A stretch of DNA of 64,000 bases from Amphiscolops sp. MND2022 (taxonomy: Eukaryota). This document shows positions 37,301-49,300 of the stretch, piece after piece. A program made the translations under genes and the position numbers. The notes beneath the pieces were generated by a model that was not told the origin of the DNA, did not search any database, and was given only the letters and a program-made list of their open reading frames with translations. The stretch covers positions 71,054,001 through 71,118,000 of the forward strand of contig OZ076409.1 in NCBI GenBank assembly GCA_964187785.1, given 5' to 3'. Position 1 is the first letter of the stretch. Every line of letters begins with the position of its first letter.

Positions 37301-40300
37301 TAGCGTTTTTCCGGAGCGGGGGGGTTTCATTTTTCTAACGGTCCAGCTTATCTTTGCCATTTTTTCGAAAATGCACTCGCCTAAAGGCCTCCCCTGGCCG
37401 GTTTTATTCCCAGCAAAACCATTTGGCCCTAAATACGGAGTTTCAGCGTTCCAGCATTCCCGGGCGAAAAGTTGTGGGACTTAGAAAATTTCAAAAATTT
37501 TCAAAAATTTTTTTTCCGTTATTTGGGCCCCCAAAGTGGGGGAAAAGACCCCCCAACCAGTAAAGCAAGTGAATGCATGTGCAAAGCCCTTGTTTAGAGG
37601 AGAAAAATGCCGTTTAGAACGTCTTTTTATCTTGGCTCAACGTTGACTTATGACGTTTTGAAGGTGATGTTTGGAGGTGTAAATCACGTGAATAGTAAAC
37701 GTTATGAGTATTTATCTGATCTGAAAGCCATTGAGATGCAATATGGTTTGCTCAAAACGTAATTCATGGCAGTTTGGCAATCAATCAACACCCTTTGTTG
37801 TCGTTTGACATACTTTTTTGTTGTTATAATAAAAATTTTGTGTATTTGTTCATTTTTTTCTCATCAAATAACTTGAAACAGTTGAGTACATTCCATCCCC
37901 CCTTCCGGGGGAGATGAGAATGTACTCGCAAAAAGCAGCGAATTACGGCCCTTACCTTCCCGAGCTACGCAGTATAAGGATTACATATTGGTTCCGACAT
38001 TTTCATAGAGTTAAATCTTGGTAATCTGTCTGGATATGCAGAAAAATCAGCACGTGCCTTTTAATACCAAGTTGCTCACAACGACAATTATTTTATATCA
38101 ACGCCCCCATATTTATCAACGCCCCCCGTCCGTGGGCATGCCGAGGCATGCCCTTCGACGACGTATACCAAGATATACATCGAGCGCGTTAGCCTAGGTG
38201 CCGGTGTCTTTTTACACAATGGGGGAAGTTGCGCGGTTGGGGAGGGTCCCTGACGCGCTTCCGTGAGATCAGGTTTTTCAACTAGTGAAATCGACAAAGA
38301 AAATTGAGATCTCGTAAACTAGCCATACGATTTGGCTGAAATTTGGCACACGTACCCCCCTCGGCACGGTGAAGATGATTTCCTACTGACGTTTTGCTCG
38401 CTAAACATTTTTTGTTGACCAAAATAACGGTTTTTGGGGTAAAATTTTCAACTTTTTTTAAATTTCATCTTATATCTCGCCACAGCTTTACGCTAGCGCT
38501 TCCAAACCTTGCTGACGAAAGTTTGCAAACTGTCTCATGAATGCTGTGTGAAATTTTCAGCTCAATCGGACTTAAACTCGAGGAGATATAGCGTTTTTCC
38601 GGAGCGGGGGGGTTTCATTTTTCTAACGGTCCAGCTTATCTTTGCCATTTTTTCGAAAATGCACTCGCCTAAAGGCCTCCCCTGGCCGGTTTTATTCCCA
38701 ACAAAACCATTTGGCCCTAAATACGGAGTTTCAGCGTTCTAGCATTCCCGGGCGAAAAGTTGTGGGACTTAGAAAATTTCAAAAATTTTCAAAAAAATTT
38801 TTTCCGTTATTTGTGCCCCCAAAGTGGGGGAAAGCACCCTCCAACCAGTAATTTGAGTGAATTCATGTAGAAAGGCCATGTTTAGAGGAGAAAAATCCCG
38901 TTTAAATCGTCTTTTTATCTTTATTCAACGTTGACTTATGACGTTTTGAAGGTGATGTTTGGAGGTGTAAAGCACGTGAATAGTAAACGTTATGAGTTTT
39001 TATCTGATCTGAAAGCCATTGAGATGCAATATGGTTTGCTCAAAACGTAATTCATGGCAGTTTGGCAATCAATCAACACCCTTTGTTGTCGTTTGACATA
39101 CTTTTTTGTTGTTATAATAAAAAATTTTGTGTATTTATTCATTTTTTTCTCATCAAATAACTTGAAACAGTTGAGTACATTCCATCGCCCCCTTCCGGGG
39201 GAGATGAGAATGTACTCGCAAAAAGCACCGAACTACGGCCATTACCTTCCCGAGCTACGCAGTATAAGGATTACATATTGGTTCCGACATTTTCATAGAG
39301 TTAAATCTTGGTAATCTGTCTGGATATGCAGAAAAACCAGCACGTGCTTTTTTATACCAAGTTGCTTACAACGACAATTATTTTATATCAACGCCCCCAT
39401 ATTTATCAACGCCCCCCGTCCGTGGGCATGCCGAGGCATGCCCTTCGACGACGTATACCAAGATATGTTCGAGCGCGTTAGCCTAGGTGCCGGTGTTTTT
39501 TTACACAATGGGGGAAGTTGCGCGGTTGGGGAGGGTCCCTGACGCGCTCCCGGGATTTCGGATTTTTTAACCTTTACGTACCCATCAAAAATTTTGGGAT
39601 CTCGAAAACTAGCCGTACGATTTGGCTGAAATTTGGCACACGTACCCCCCTCGGCACGGTGAAGATGATTCCCTACTGACGTTTTTCTCGCTAAACATTT
39701 TTTGTTGACCAAAATAACGGTTTTTGGGGTAAAATTTTCAACTTTTTTTAAATTTCATCTTATATCTCGCCACGGGTACACGCTAGCGCTTCCAAACCTT
39801 GCTGACGAAAGTTTGCAAACTGTCTCAGGAATGCTGTGTGAAATTTTCAGCTCAATCGAACTTGAACTCGAGGAGATTTAGCGTTTTTCCGGAGCGGGGG
39901 GGTTTCATTTTTCTAACGGTCCAGCTTATCTTTGCCATTTTTTCGAAAATGCACTCGCCTAAAGGCCTCCCCTGGCCGGTTTTATTCCCAGCAAAACCAT
40001 TTGGCCCTAAATACGGAGTTTCAGCGTTCCAGCATTCCCGGGCGAAAAGTTGTGGGACTTAGAAAAGTTCAAAAATTTTCAAAAAAATTTTTTTCCGTTA
40101 TTTGGGCCCCCAAAGTGGGGAAAAGACCCCCCAACCAGTAAAGCAAGTGAATGCATGTGCAAAGCCCTTGTTTGGACGAGAAAAATGCCGTTTAGAACGT
40201 CTTTTTATCTTGGCTCAACGTTGACTTATGACGTTTTGAAGGTGATGTTTGGAGGTGTAAAGCAAGTGAATAGTAAACGTTATGAGTATTTATCTGATCT

Positions 40301-40777
40301 GAAAGCCATTGAGATGCAATATTGTTTGCTCAAAACGTAATTCATTGCAGTTTGGCAATCAATCAACACCCTTTGTTGTCGTTTGACATACTTTTTTGTT
40401 GTTATAACAAAAAATTTTGTGTATTTATTCATTTTTTTCTCATCAAATAACTTGGAACAGTTGAGTACATTCCATCCCCCCTTCCGGGGGAGATGAGAAT
40501 GTACTCGCAAAAAGCACCGAACTACGGCCCTTACCTTCCCGAGCTACGCAGTATAAGGATTACATATTGGTTCCGACATTTTCATAGAGTTATATCTTGG
40601 TAATCTGTCTGGATATGCCGAAAAATCAGCACGTGCCTTTTAATACCAAGTTGCTCACAACGACAATTATTTTATATCAACGCCCCCATATTTATCAACG
40701 CCCCCCGTCCGTGGGCATGCCGAGGCATGCCCTTCGACGACTCGCACCAAAATATGCGTTAGCGCGGTAGCTGCTAG
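34338..40777 (+). mobile_element. Five class D units (1286-1291 bp)
   Basis: Joints at 35623, 36911, 38197 and 39486; units 34338-35623 and 36912-38197 look nearly identical. Confidence 0.6.
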
Positions 40778-43307
40778 GTGCCGGGATTTCTATTCGATAA
40801 AGTATTTTGCGCGGTTGGGTAGGGCCCCGTGAGCGCGCCAGGGGATTGTGTTAGAACAACCGGAAATTCGGCATACGATTTTGGCGATTTTCTAAACTAT
40901 CCATACGATTTGGCTCAAATTTGGCATACGGGTTCCTGAGACAGATATAAGAACTAATTCCTACTGGCGTTTTGCCCGGAAAATTTTTTTTGTTGCCCAA
41001 AATTGAAATTTTCGGCAAAAAAATGCGATTTTTTTTGAAAAATTTTTTTTGAGAGGCCATATCTTTTTTCAGGGTGCCCGGAGCGGGACGCGTTAAACTG
41101 ATTATAAACTCTACGGTTCATGGGCTTTACGGAGAACCTAGGCTCGTTCCAATCGGACTTGTAGTCTTGGAGATATAACGGCATTTTTTGGGAATTTTTT
41201 GGAAATTTTTCTAACGGTCCAGCTTATCTTTGCCATTTTTTCGAAAATGTACTCGCCTAAAGGCCTCCCCTGGCCGGTTTTATTCCCAGCAAAACCATTT
41301 GGCCCTAAATACGGAGTTTCAGCGTTCCAGCATTCCCGGGCGAAAAGTTGTGGGACTTAGAAAATTTTTTTGGAAACGCAAAATGTGTAAAGTCAACTTC
41401 TGGCCTCCCAAAGTCAAGGAACTTCCACACAACTAGTATTGCAAGTGAATGCATGTGGAGAGTACTCGAATAGACGAGGAAAATGAGCTATAGAACGTCT
41501 CTGTAGCTTAACTTGACGTTGACTTATGACCTTTTGAGTGTGAGCTTGCTATGCGAGAAAAAATGCAAAACATGAAAATGGAAGCAAAGTATCGTCGAAA
41601 ACCCATCATAAGATGTTCAACTCATCCTAGAGCGGTTTATTAACAGTTGTTTAGTAGAGCAACACCATTCATGATCATGTGACCCATTTTTATGGGTTAT
41701 GAGATTGTCTTATTCATCCGATAGCCCAAAGCAGTTGAGTACATTCCATCTCACATCCGTGTGAGATGAGAATGTACTCGCTAAAGTCCAGGTACTACAG
41801 GCCATTTTGGTTTTATGCGACGCTCTGTATGCAAATGAGCTTACTTGAAATTTTTTTAGCTGATATTTTTTTAAACTGCACTTTGACTCTGACCTGACAT
41901 ACTGAATATTTAGTCCTTATAACATACACATAATTGACGTCAACGCCCCATCCTTGCATCAACGCCCACCGTCCGTGGGCATGCCGAGGCATGCCCTTCG
42001 ACGACGCGCACCAAAATATTCCCCGAGCGCGTTAGCCTAGGTGCCGGTGTTTTTCACGACAGAGAAAGTTGCGCGCTTTGGGTAGGGTCCCGGCGCGCTT
42101 CAGGGGCTCATTTTTACAACCTGATAGGACACATGCTGAAATGACCGATCTCCTAAACTACCCGTCAGATTTTGCTGAAATTTGGCACGAAGCTTCCTTG
42201 GAACATTCTAAGAACAAATCCCTACTGGCGTTTTGCTGGGAAAAATCGAAAAGTTGGTCAAAAATGCGATTTTCCGACAAAATTTTGGGGTAAAATTTTT
42301 TTGAAACGGTATATCTCGCCACAGGGTCACGCTAGCGCCTCGCAACCTATGATCGTGTTTTGTTGGGCGTTGTCTGTAGAACACGTATGCCAAATTTGGT
42401 GGCGATCGGACTTAAACTCAGGGAGATATAGCGATTTTTTAGGTGCATTTTTTGACATTTTTTGCATTTGCCGATTTATCTCTGCCGTTTTTGCCCAAAT
42501 TTTTTTTGAGACACTCTCCTAAAGACCTCCCCTGGCCGGTTTACCTCCCAGAAAAACCATTTGGCCCTAAATACGAAGTTTCAGCGTTCTAGCATTCCCG
42601 GGCAAAAAGTTGTGGGACTTAGAATAGTTTTTATGGTAACGCAAAATGTGTAAAGTCAACTTCAGGCCTCCCAAAGTCAAAGAACTTCCACACAACTAGG
42701 ATTGCAAGTGGGTGCATGTGGAAAGTACTCGGATAGACGAGAAAAATGAGCTATAGAACGACTCTGTAGCTTAACCTGACGTTGACTTATGACAATTTTA
42801 GTGTGAGCTTGCTATTTGGTGTAAAAATTCAAATGATGAAAATCGAAGCTAAGTCTCATCCAAAACTCATCGGAATACGTTCAATGCACCCCAAAGCGGA
42901 TTAATTCGAGATGTTTAGTGCAGCAACACCATTCAAGACCATTTGACCCATTTTTATAAGTTTTGACAACGTATTATTCATACGAGAGCACGAAACAGTT
43001 GAGTACATTCCATCTCCCTTTCGGGGGAGATGAGAATGTACTCGCTAAAGTCCAGGTACTACAGCCCATATTTGCTTTTATGCGACGCTCTTATGCTAGT
43101 GCGCATACTTTTTAATCGTTTAACTGAATTTTCTTCTGTCTGCACTTTGACTTTGACTTGACATATAGTGAACGTTTTGTCTTACAACTTACAAATGAGT
43201 AACGTCAACGCCCCATCCTTGCATCAACGCCCACCGTCCGTGGGCATGCCGAGGCATGCCCTTCGACGACGTATGCCAAGATATATCCCAAGCGCGGTAG
43301 CCGCTAG
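40778..43307 (+). mobile_element. Two F-like or mosaic units (1263 and 1267 bp)
   Basis: 3' halves resemble class F (GGCCTCCCAAAGTCA..CCACACAACTAG); 5' halves differ; joint at 42040. Confidence 0.6.
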
Positions 43308-46300
43308 GTGCGGGGGGGAAACCCCAACAAAATTTTTGGAGGATTCGGGTAGGGTCCTGAATCCGAGTTCAGTGCTGCCAGCTTTCGTTAAGAAAATTTG
43401 GATAGGATTCGGGATCTCGTGATCTAACCATAGGATTTTAAAGTTGGAGCGGCCCCCACCAGATTTTCCGAAAATTAGCGCCCCCCACCGGGTTCCATAC
43501 CCCGGAAAATTTTTTTCTGGCCACACGGGCGACCGTTAGGGGGTCATTTTAGGGGTAAAATTCATATTGGGCCACATAACTTTTTTTCTGTTGATTTAAA
43601 ACTTTGGGACCCTGCTAAAAGTTTCTTGACCGTGTTGCAGGGGCCCCGGAGGTCCAAACCAAATTTTTCTATCTTGAAGCTATCTCCAAGTACCCCCCCG
43701 CCCAAAACGTTATTTTTCCGGAAACGCAGGTTTTTGACCCGGAAGGAGTCGTCGGAGCGCGGGGTCGTTAGGTGATGTATTGGGGACGGCCTTGAGACGA
43801 AGTGGGGGACATGCAGTTTGCCAACCCCAGTTTACCCCCCGGACCGGAAATGACCGTTATTTGAGCGGGAAAAATGCCCCCCTCCACGTTTTACCGCTAT
43901 TTCCGGTGTGAAGGAGTGGGAGTAGCGCGTCGGGTGCCATATATCAAAAGTAGGTTTAGACAAGGATCTATCGGAAACATGTGGTTTGGGACCCCCTGGA
44001 CCAACCCGTTAGCAGGAAATGGGGCTTCCGGCCCGTTTTTTTACGGTTAAAAACGGAAAATGGGCATTGAGGGGTAAATATCTCGTGAACGCGTGGAGCT
44101 ACGGTGTCCTTCACTCCTACAAGGTTTCATACCCATGATATGGTGCCTTCAGAGGGGCAAACAGATTTCCGCTATCTATCACCGTTACGGACTTGGCCCC
44201 CCAGCCTAACCGTTAAGTGACCGGAAATGTCATATTTTGAGCCCAAAGGGTCGGTCCCAGCCAGGGAACGTTAGGTAACTTATTGTAGTACTCATTGAGA
44301 CGAGTTGGGGGACATAGTTTCAGTCACCCCCCGTTACCCCTTGGGACCGGAAATGACCGTTATGTGAGTAAATTTGCCATTTTTGTCCTATTTGAAGGGC
44401 ATTTAGATGCGGAAGGAGTGGTAATAGGGGCTTGGACACTATATGAGGTAAGGGAGGACGTGAGGCGAGCATTCGGACATAACCGTTATGTTGACCCTAA
44501 AGTCCCCCTGGTACCGTAAACAACCGGAAATGGTCAAATTTTGTGTCTATTGGGTACAAATGTTTGGTATTTTGTAAATAAAAGTATCTATTAGGTGTTT
44601 CGACGGTTTGCAGTAGTGAACATAGTCATGAAACCTTGTGGGGGGTAACGGTATATAGCACCGGAAATCCAAACCGTTGGAGACAGGATAGGTTTTTTGA
44701 TTTTAAAATGTCTTTCGACGTACTTTTGTTGACTATTAAGGACTATTTTTAAAAATTAAAGTTTTTCCATATAGTTTCAGAGACTCCGAAACCTCAACCA
44801 ACATAACCGTTACCTCATGATAGCCTTTCAAGTTGGCCTGGTGTCAACTTGGAAGGGCTATCCTTCAAAAATCGTCAATCAGGTGTGTTTTTGGGTATGT
44901 TTGTATCACTTTAGAATCAATTAGAGCTTCAAGAAAAGTTTGCCAACGACAAAAACTATGTCGTGATGATTCCGTTATTAGAATAATAGTTAGCAAATTG
45001 TTGAGAAAATTGATTTTTTCCATATAAAATGTGTCCTAAATGCCAGGAAACCTATTTAACTAACAAATGGTATTGATTGGAATGTATGTAACAGATTTAT
45101 AAAATTTCAAATTAATTATTACGATTCAAAATGGAAGCTGAAACGTAATATTTTAGTTTAATTAACGTCAACGCCACACACTTTACATCAACGCCCACCG
45201 TCTGTGGGCATGCCGAGGCATGCCCTTCGACGACGTATACCAAATACATACCCAAACGACGCCCGTACATCCCGGGCTAGGTGCGGGGGGGTAACCCCAA
45301 CAAAAATTTTGGAGGATTCGGGTAGGGTCCTGAATCCGATTTTAACTCTAATAGCTATCGATAGGAAATCTTGGTGCGGGGGGGTAACCCCAACAAAAAT
45401 TTTGGAGGATTCGGGTAGGGTCCTGAATCCGATTTTAACTCTAATAGCTATCGATAGGAAATCTTGCAAAAATTTCGGGATCTCGTGATCTAACCATAGG
45501 ATTTTAAAGTTGGAGCGGCCCCCACCAGATTTTCCAAAGTTATTCGCCCCCCACCGGGTTCCAGCGTGATTGAAATATTCTGACGGGGTACACGGGCGAC
45601 CGTTAGGGGTCATTTTAGGGGTAAATTTTATATAATGTCGCATAACTTTTTTCCTGTTGGATTAAAACTTTGGGACCCTGCTAAAAGTTTCTTGACCGTG
45701 TTGCGGGGGCTCCGGAGGTCCAAACCAAATTTTTCTATCTTGAAGCTATCTCCAAGTACCCCCCTGCCCAAACCGTTATTTTTCCGGAAACGCAGGTTTT
45801 TGACCCGGAAGGAGTCGTCTGAGCGCGGGGTCGTTAGGTGATGTATTGGGGACGGCCTTGAGACGAAGCGGGGGACATGTAGTTTGCCGACCCCTGTTTA
45901 CCCCCCGGACGGGAAATGACTGTTATTTGAGCGGGATAAATGCCCCCCTCCACGTTTTACCGCTATTTCCGGTGTGAAGGAGTGGGAGTAGCGCGTCGGG
46001 TGTTACATAACAAAAGTAGGTTTAGACAAGGACCTATCGGAAACATGTAGTTTGGGACCCCCTGGACCAACCCGTTAGCAGGAAATGGGGCTTCCGGCCC
46101 GTTTTTTTACGGTTAAAAACGGAAAATGGGCATTGAGGGGTAAATATCTCGTGAACGCGTGGAGCAATCGTGTCCTTCACTACTACAAGGTTTCATACCC
46201 ATGATATGGTGCCTTCAGGGGGGCAAACAGATTTCCGCTATCTATCACCGTTACGGACTTGGCCCCCCAGCCTAACCGCTAAGTGACCGGAAATGTCACT

Positions 46301-49300
46301 TTTTGAGCCCAAAGGGTCGGTCCCAGCCAGGGAACGTTAGGTAACTTATTGTAGTACTCATTGAGATGAGTTGGGGGACATAGTTTCAGTCACCCCCCGT
46401 TACCCCTTAAGACCGGAAATGACCGTTATGTGAGTAAATTTGCCGTTTTTGTCCTATTTGAAGGGCATTTAGATGCGGAAGGAGTGGTAATAGGTGCTTG
46501 GACACTATATGAGGTAAGGGAGGATATGAGGCGAGCATTCGGAAATAACCGTTATGTTGACCCCAAAGTCCCCCTGGTACCGTAAACGACCGGAAATGGT
46601 CAAATTTTCTGTTTATAGGGTACAAATGTTTGGTATTTTGTAGATAAAAGTATCTATTAGGTGTTTCGACGGTCTGCAGTAGTGAACATAGTCATGAAAC
46701 CTTGTGGGGGGTAACGGTATATAGCACCGGAAGTCCAAACCGTTGGAGACAGGATAGGTTTTTTGGTTTTAAAATGTCTGTCGGCGTACTTTTGTCGACT
46801 ATTAAGGACTACTTTTAAAAATTAAAGTTTTTCCATATAGTTTTAGAGACTCCGAAACCTCAACCAACATAACCGTTACCTCATGATAGCCTTTCAAGTT
46901 GGCCTGGTGTCAACTTGGAAGGGCTATCCTTCAAAAATCGTCAATCAAGTGTGTTTTTGGGTATGTTTGTATCATTTTAGAATCAAATAGAGCTTCAAGA
47001 AAAGTTTGCCAACGACAAAAACTATTTCGTGATGATTCCGTTATTAGAATAATAGTTAGCAAATTGTTGAGAAAATTGATTTTTTCCATATAAAAAGTGT
47101 CCTAATTGCCAGTAAACCTATTTAACTAACAAATGGTATTGATTGGAATGTATGTAACAGAGTTATAAAAGTTCAAATTGATTATTACGTTTCATTATGG
47201 AAGCTGAAACGTCATATTTTAGTTTAATTAACGTCAACGCCACACACTTTACATCAACGCACACCGTCTGTGGGCATGCCGAGGCATGCCCTTCGACGAC
47301 GTATGACAAATCCATATCAAACGACGCCCGTACATCCCGGGCTAGGTGCGGGGGGGAAACCCCAACAAAATTTTTGGAGGATTCGGGTAGGGTCCTGAAT
47401 CCGAGTTCAGTGCTGCCAGCTTTCGTTAAGAAAATTTGGATAGGATTCGGGATCTCGTGATCTAACCATAGGATTTTAAAGTTGGAGCGGCCCCCACCAG
47501 ATTTTCCGAAAATTAGCGCCCCCCACCGGGTTCCATACCCCGGAAAATTTTTTTCTGGCCACACGGGCGACCGTTAGGGGGTCATTTTAGGGGTAAAATT
47601 CATATTGGGCCACATAACTTTTTTTCTGTTGATTTAAAACTTTGGGACCCTGCTAAAAGTTTCTTGACCGTGTTGCAAGGGCTCCGGAGGTCCAAACCAA
47701 ATTTTTCTATCTTGAAGCTATCTCCAAGTACCCCCCCGCCCAAAACGTTATTTTTCCGGAAACGCAGGTTTTTGACCCGGAAGGAGTCGTCGGAGCGCGG
47801 GGTCGTTAGGTGGTGTATTGGGGACGGCCTTGAGACGAAGTGGGGGACATGCAGTTTGCCAACCCCAGTTTACCCCCCGGACGGGAAATGACCGTTATAT
47901 GAGCGGCAAAAATGTCCCCCTCCACGTTTTACCGCTATTTCCGGTGTGAAGGAATGGGAGTAGCGCGTCGGGTGCCATATATCAAAAGTAGGTTTAGACA
48001 AGGATCTATCGGAAACATGTGGTTTGGGACCCCCTAGACCAACCCGTTAGCAGGAAATGGGGCTTCCGGCCCGTTTTTTTACGGTTAAAAACGGAAAATG
48101 GGCATTGAGGGGTAAATATCTCGTGAACGCGTGGAGCTACGGTGTCCTTCACTACTTCAAGGTTTCATACCCATGATATGGTGCCTTCAGGGGGGCAAAC
48201 AGATTTCCGCTATCTATCACCGTTACGGACTTGGCCCCCCAGCCTAACCGTTAAGTGACCGGAAATGTCATATTTTGAGCCCAAAGGGTCGGTCCCAGCC
48301 AGGGAACGTTAGGTAACTTATTGTAGTACTCATTGAGACGAGTTGGGGGACATAGTTTCAGTCACCCCCCGTTACCCCTTGGGACCGGAAATGACCGTTA
48401 TGTGAGTAAATTTGCCATTTTTGTCCTATTTGAAGGGCATTTAGACGCGGAAGGAGTGGTAACAGGTGCTTGGACACTATATGAGGTAAGGGAGGACGTG
48501 AGGCGAGCATTCGGACATAACCGTTATGTTGACCCTAAAGTCCCCCTGGTACCGTAAACGACCGGAAATGGTCAAATTTTGTATTTTTAGGGTACAAATG
48601 TTTGGTATTTTATGGAATAAAGTACATGGAAGGTGTTTCAAAGGCATCCAGAAATGAACATAGTCATGAAACCTTGAGGGGGGTAACGGTATATAACACC
48701 GGAAGTCCAAGCCGTTGGACACAGTATAGGTTTTTGGGTTTTAAAATGCTTATGAACGTACATTTGTGGGTTGAATTGTTCTAATATTGACTATTTTCGA
48801 TATTTTTTGACATTAAAGGTTTTTCCAATAGTTTCAGGGCCCTCCAAAGCTTCAATCAACATAACCTTTACATTATGATAGCCTTTCAAGTTGGCCTGGT
48901 GTCAACTTGGAAGGGCTATCCTTCACAAATCGTATATCAAGTGTGTTTTTGAGTAGGTTTTTATCACTTTAGTATCAATTAGAGCTTAATCATTAGTTTG
49001 CCAACGACAAAAACCATGTCGTGATGATTCCGTTAGTAGAAGAATAGTTAACATCTTGTTGACAAAGTTGATTTTTTGCATTTAAAATGTTTCCTAAATG
49101 CCAGGAAAACGATTTACGTTATAAATGGTACTGATTGACCCAAAGAACAGTTAAAAAAAGTTAAACATTATTTTTTCGTTTCATTATAGAAGCTGAAACC
49201 TCACGTTTTAACTTAATTAACGTCAACGCCACATACTTTACATCAACGCCCACCGTCTGTGGGCATGCCGAGGCATGCCCTTCGACGACGTATACCAAAC

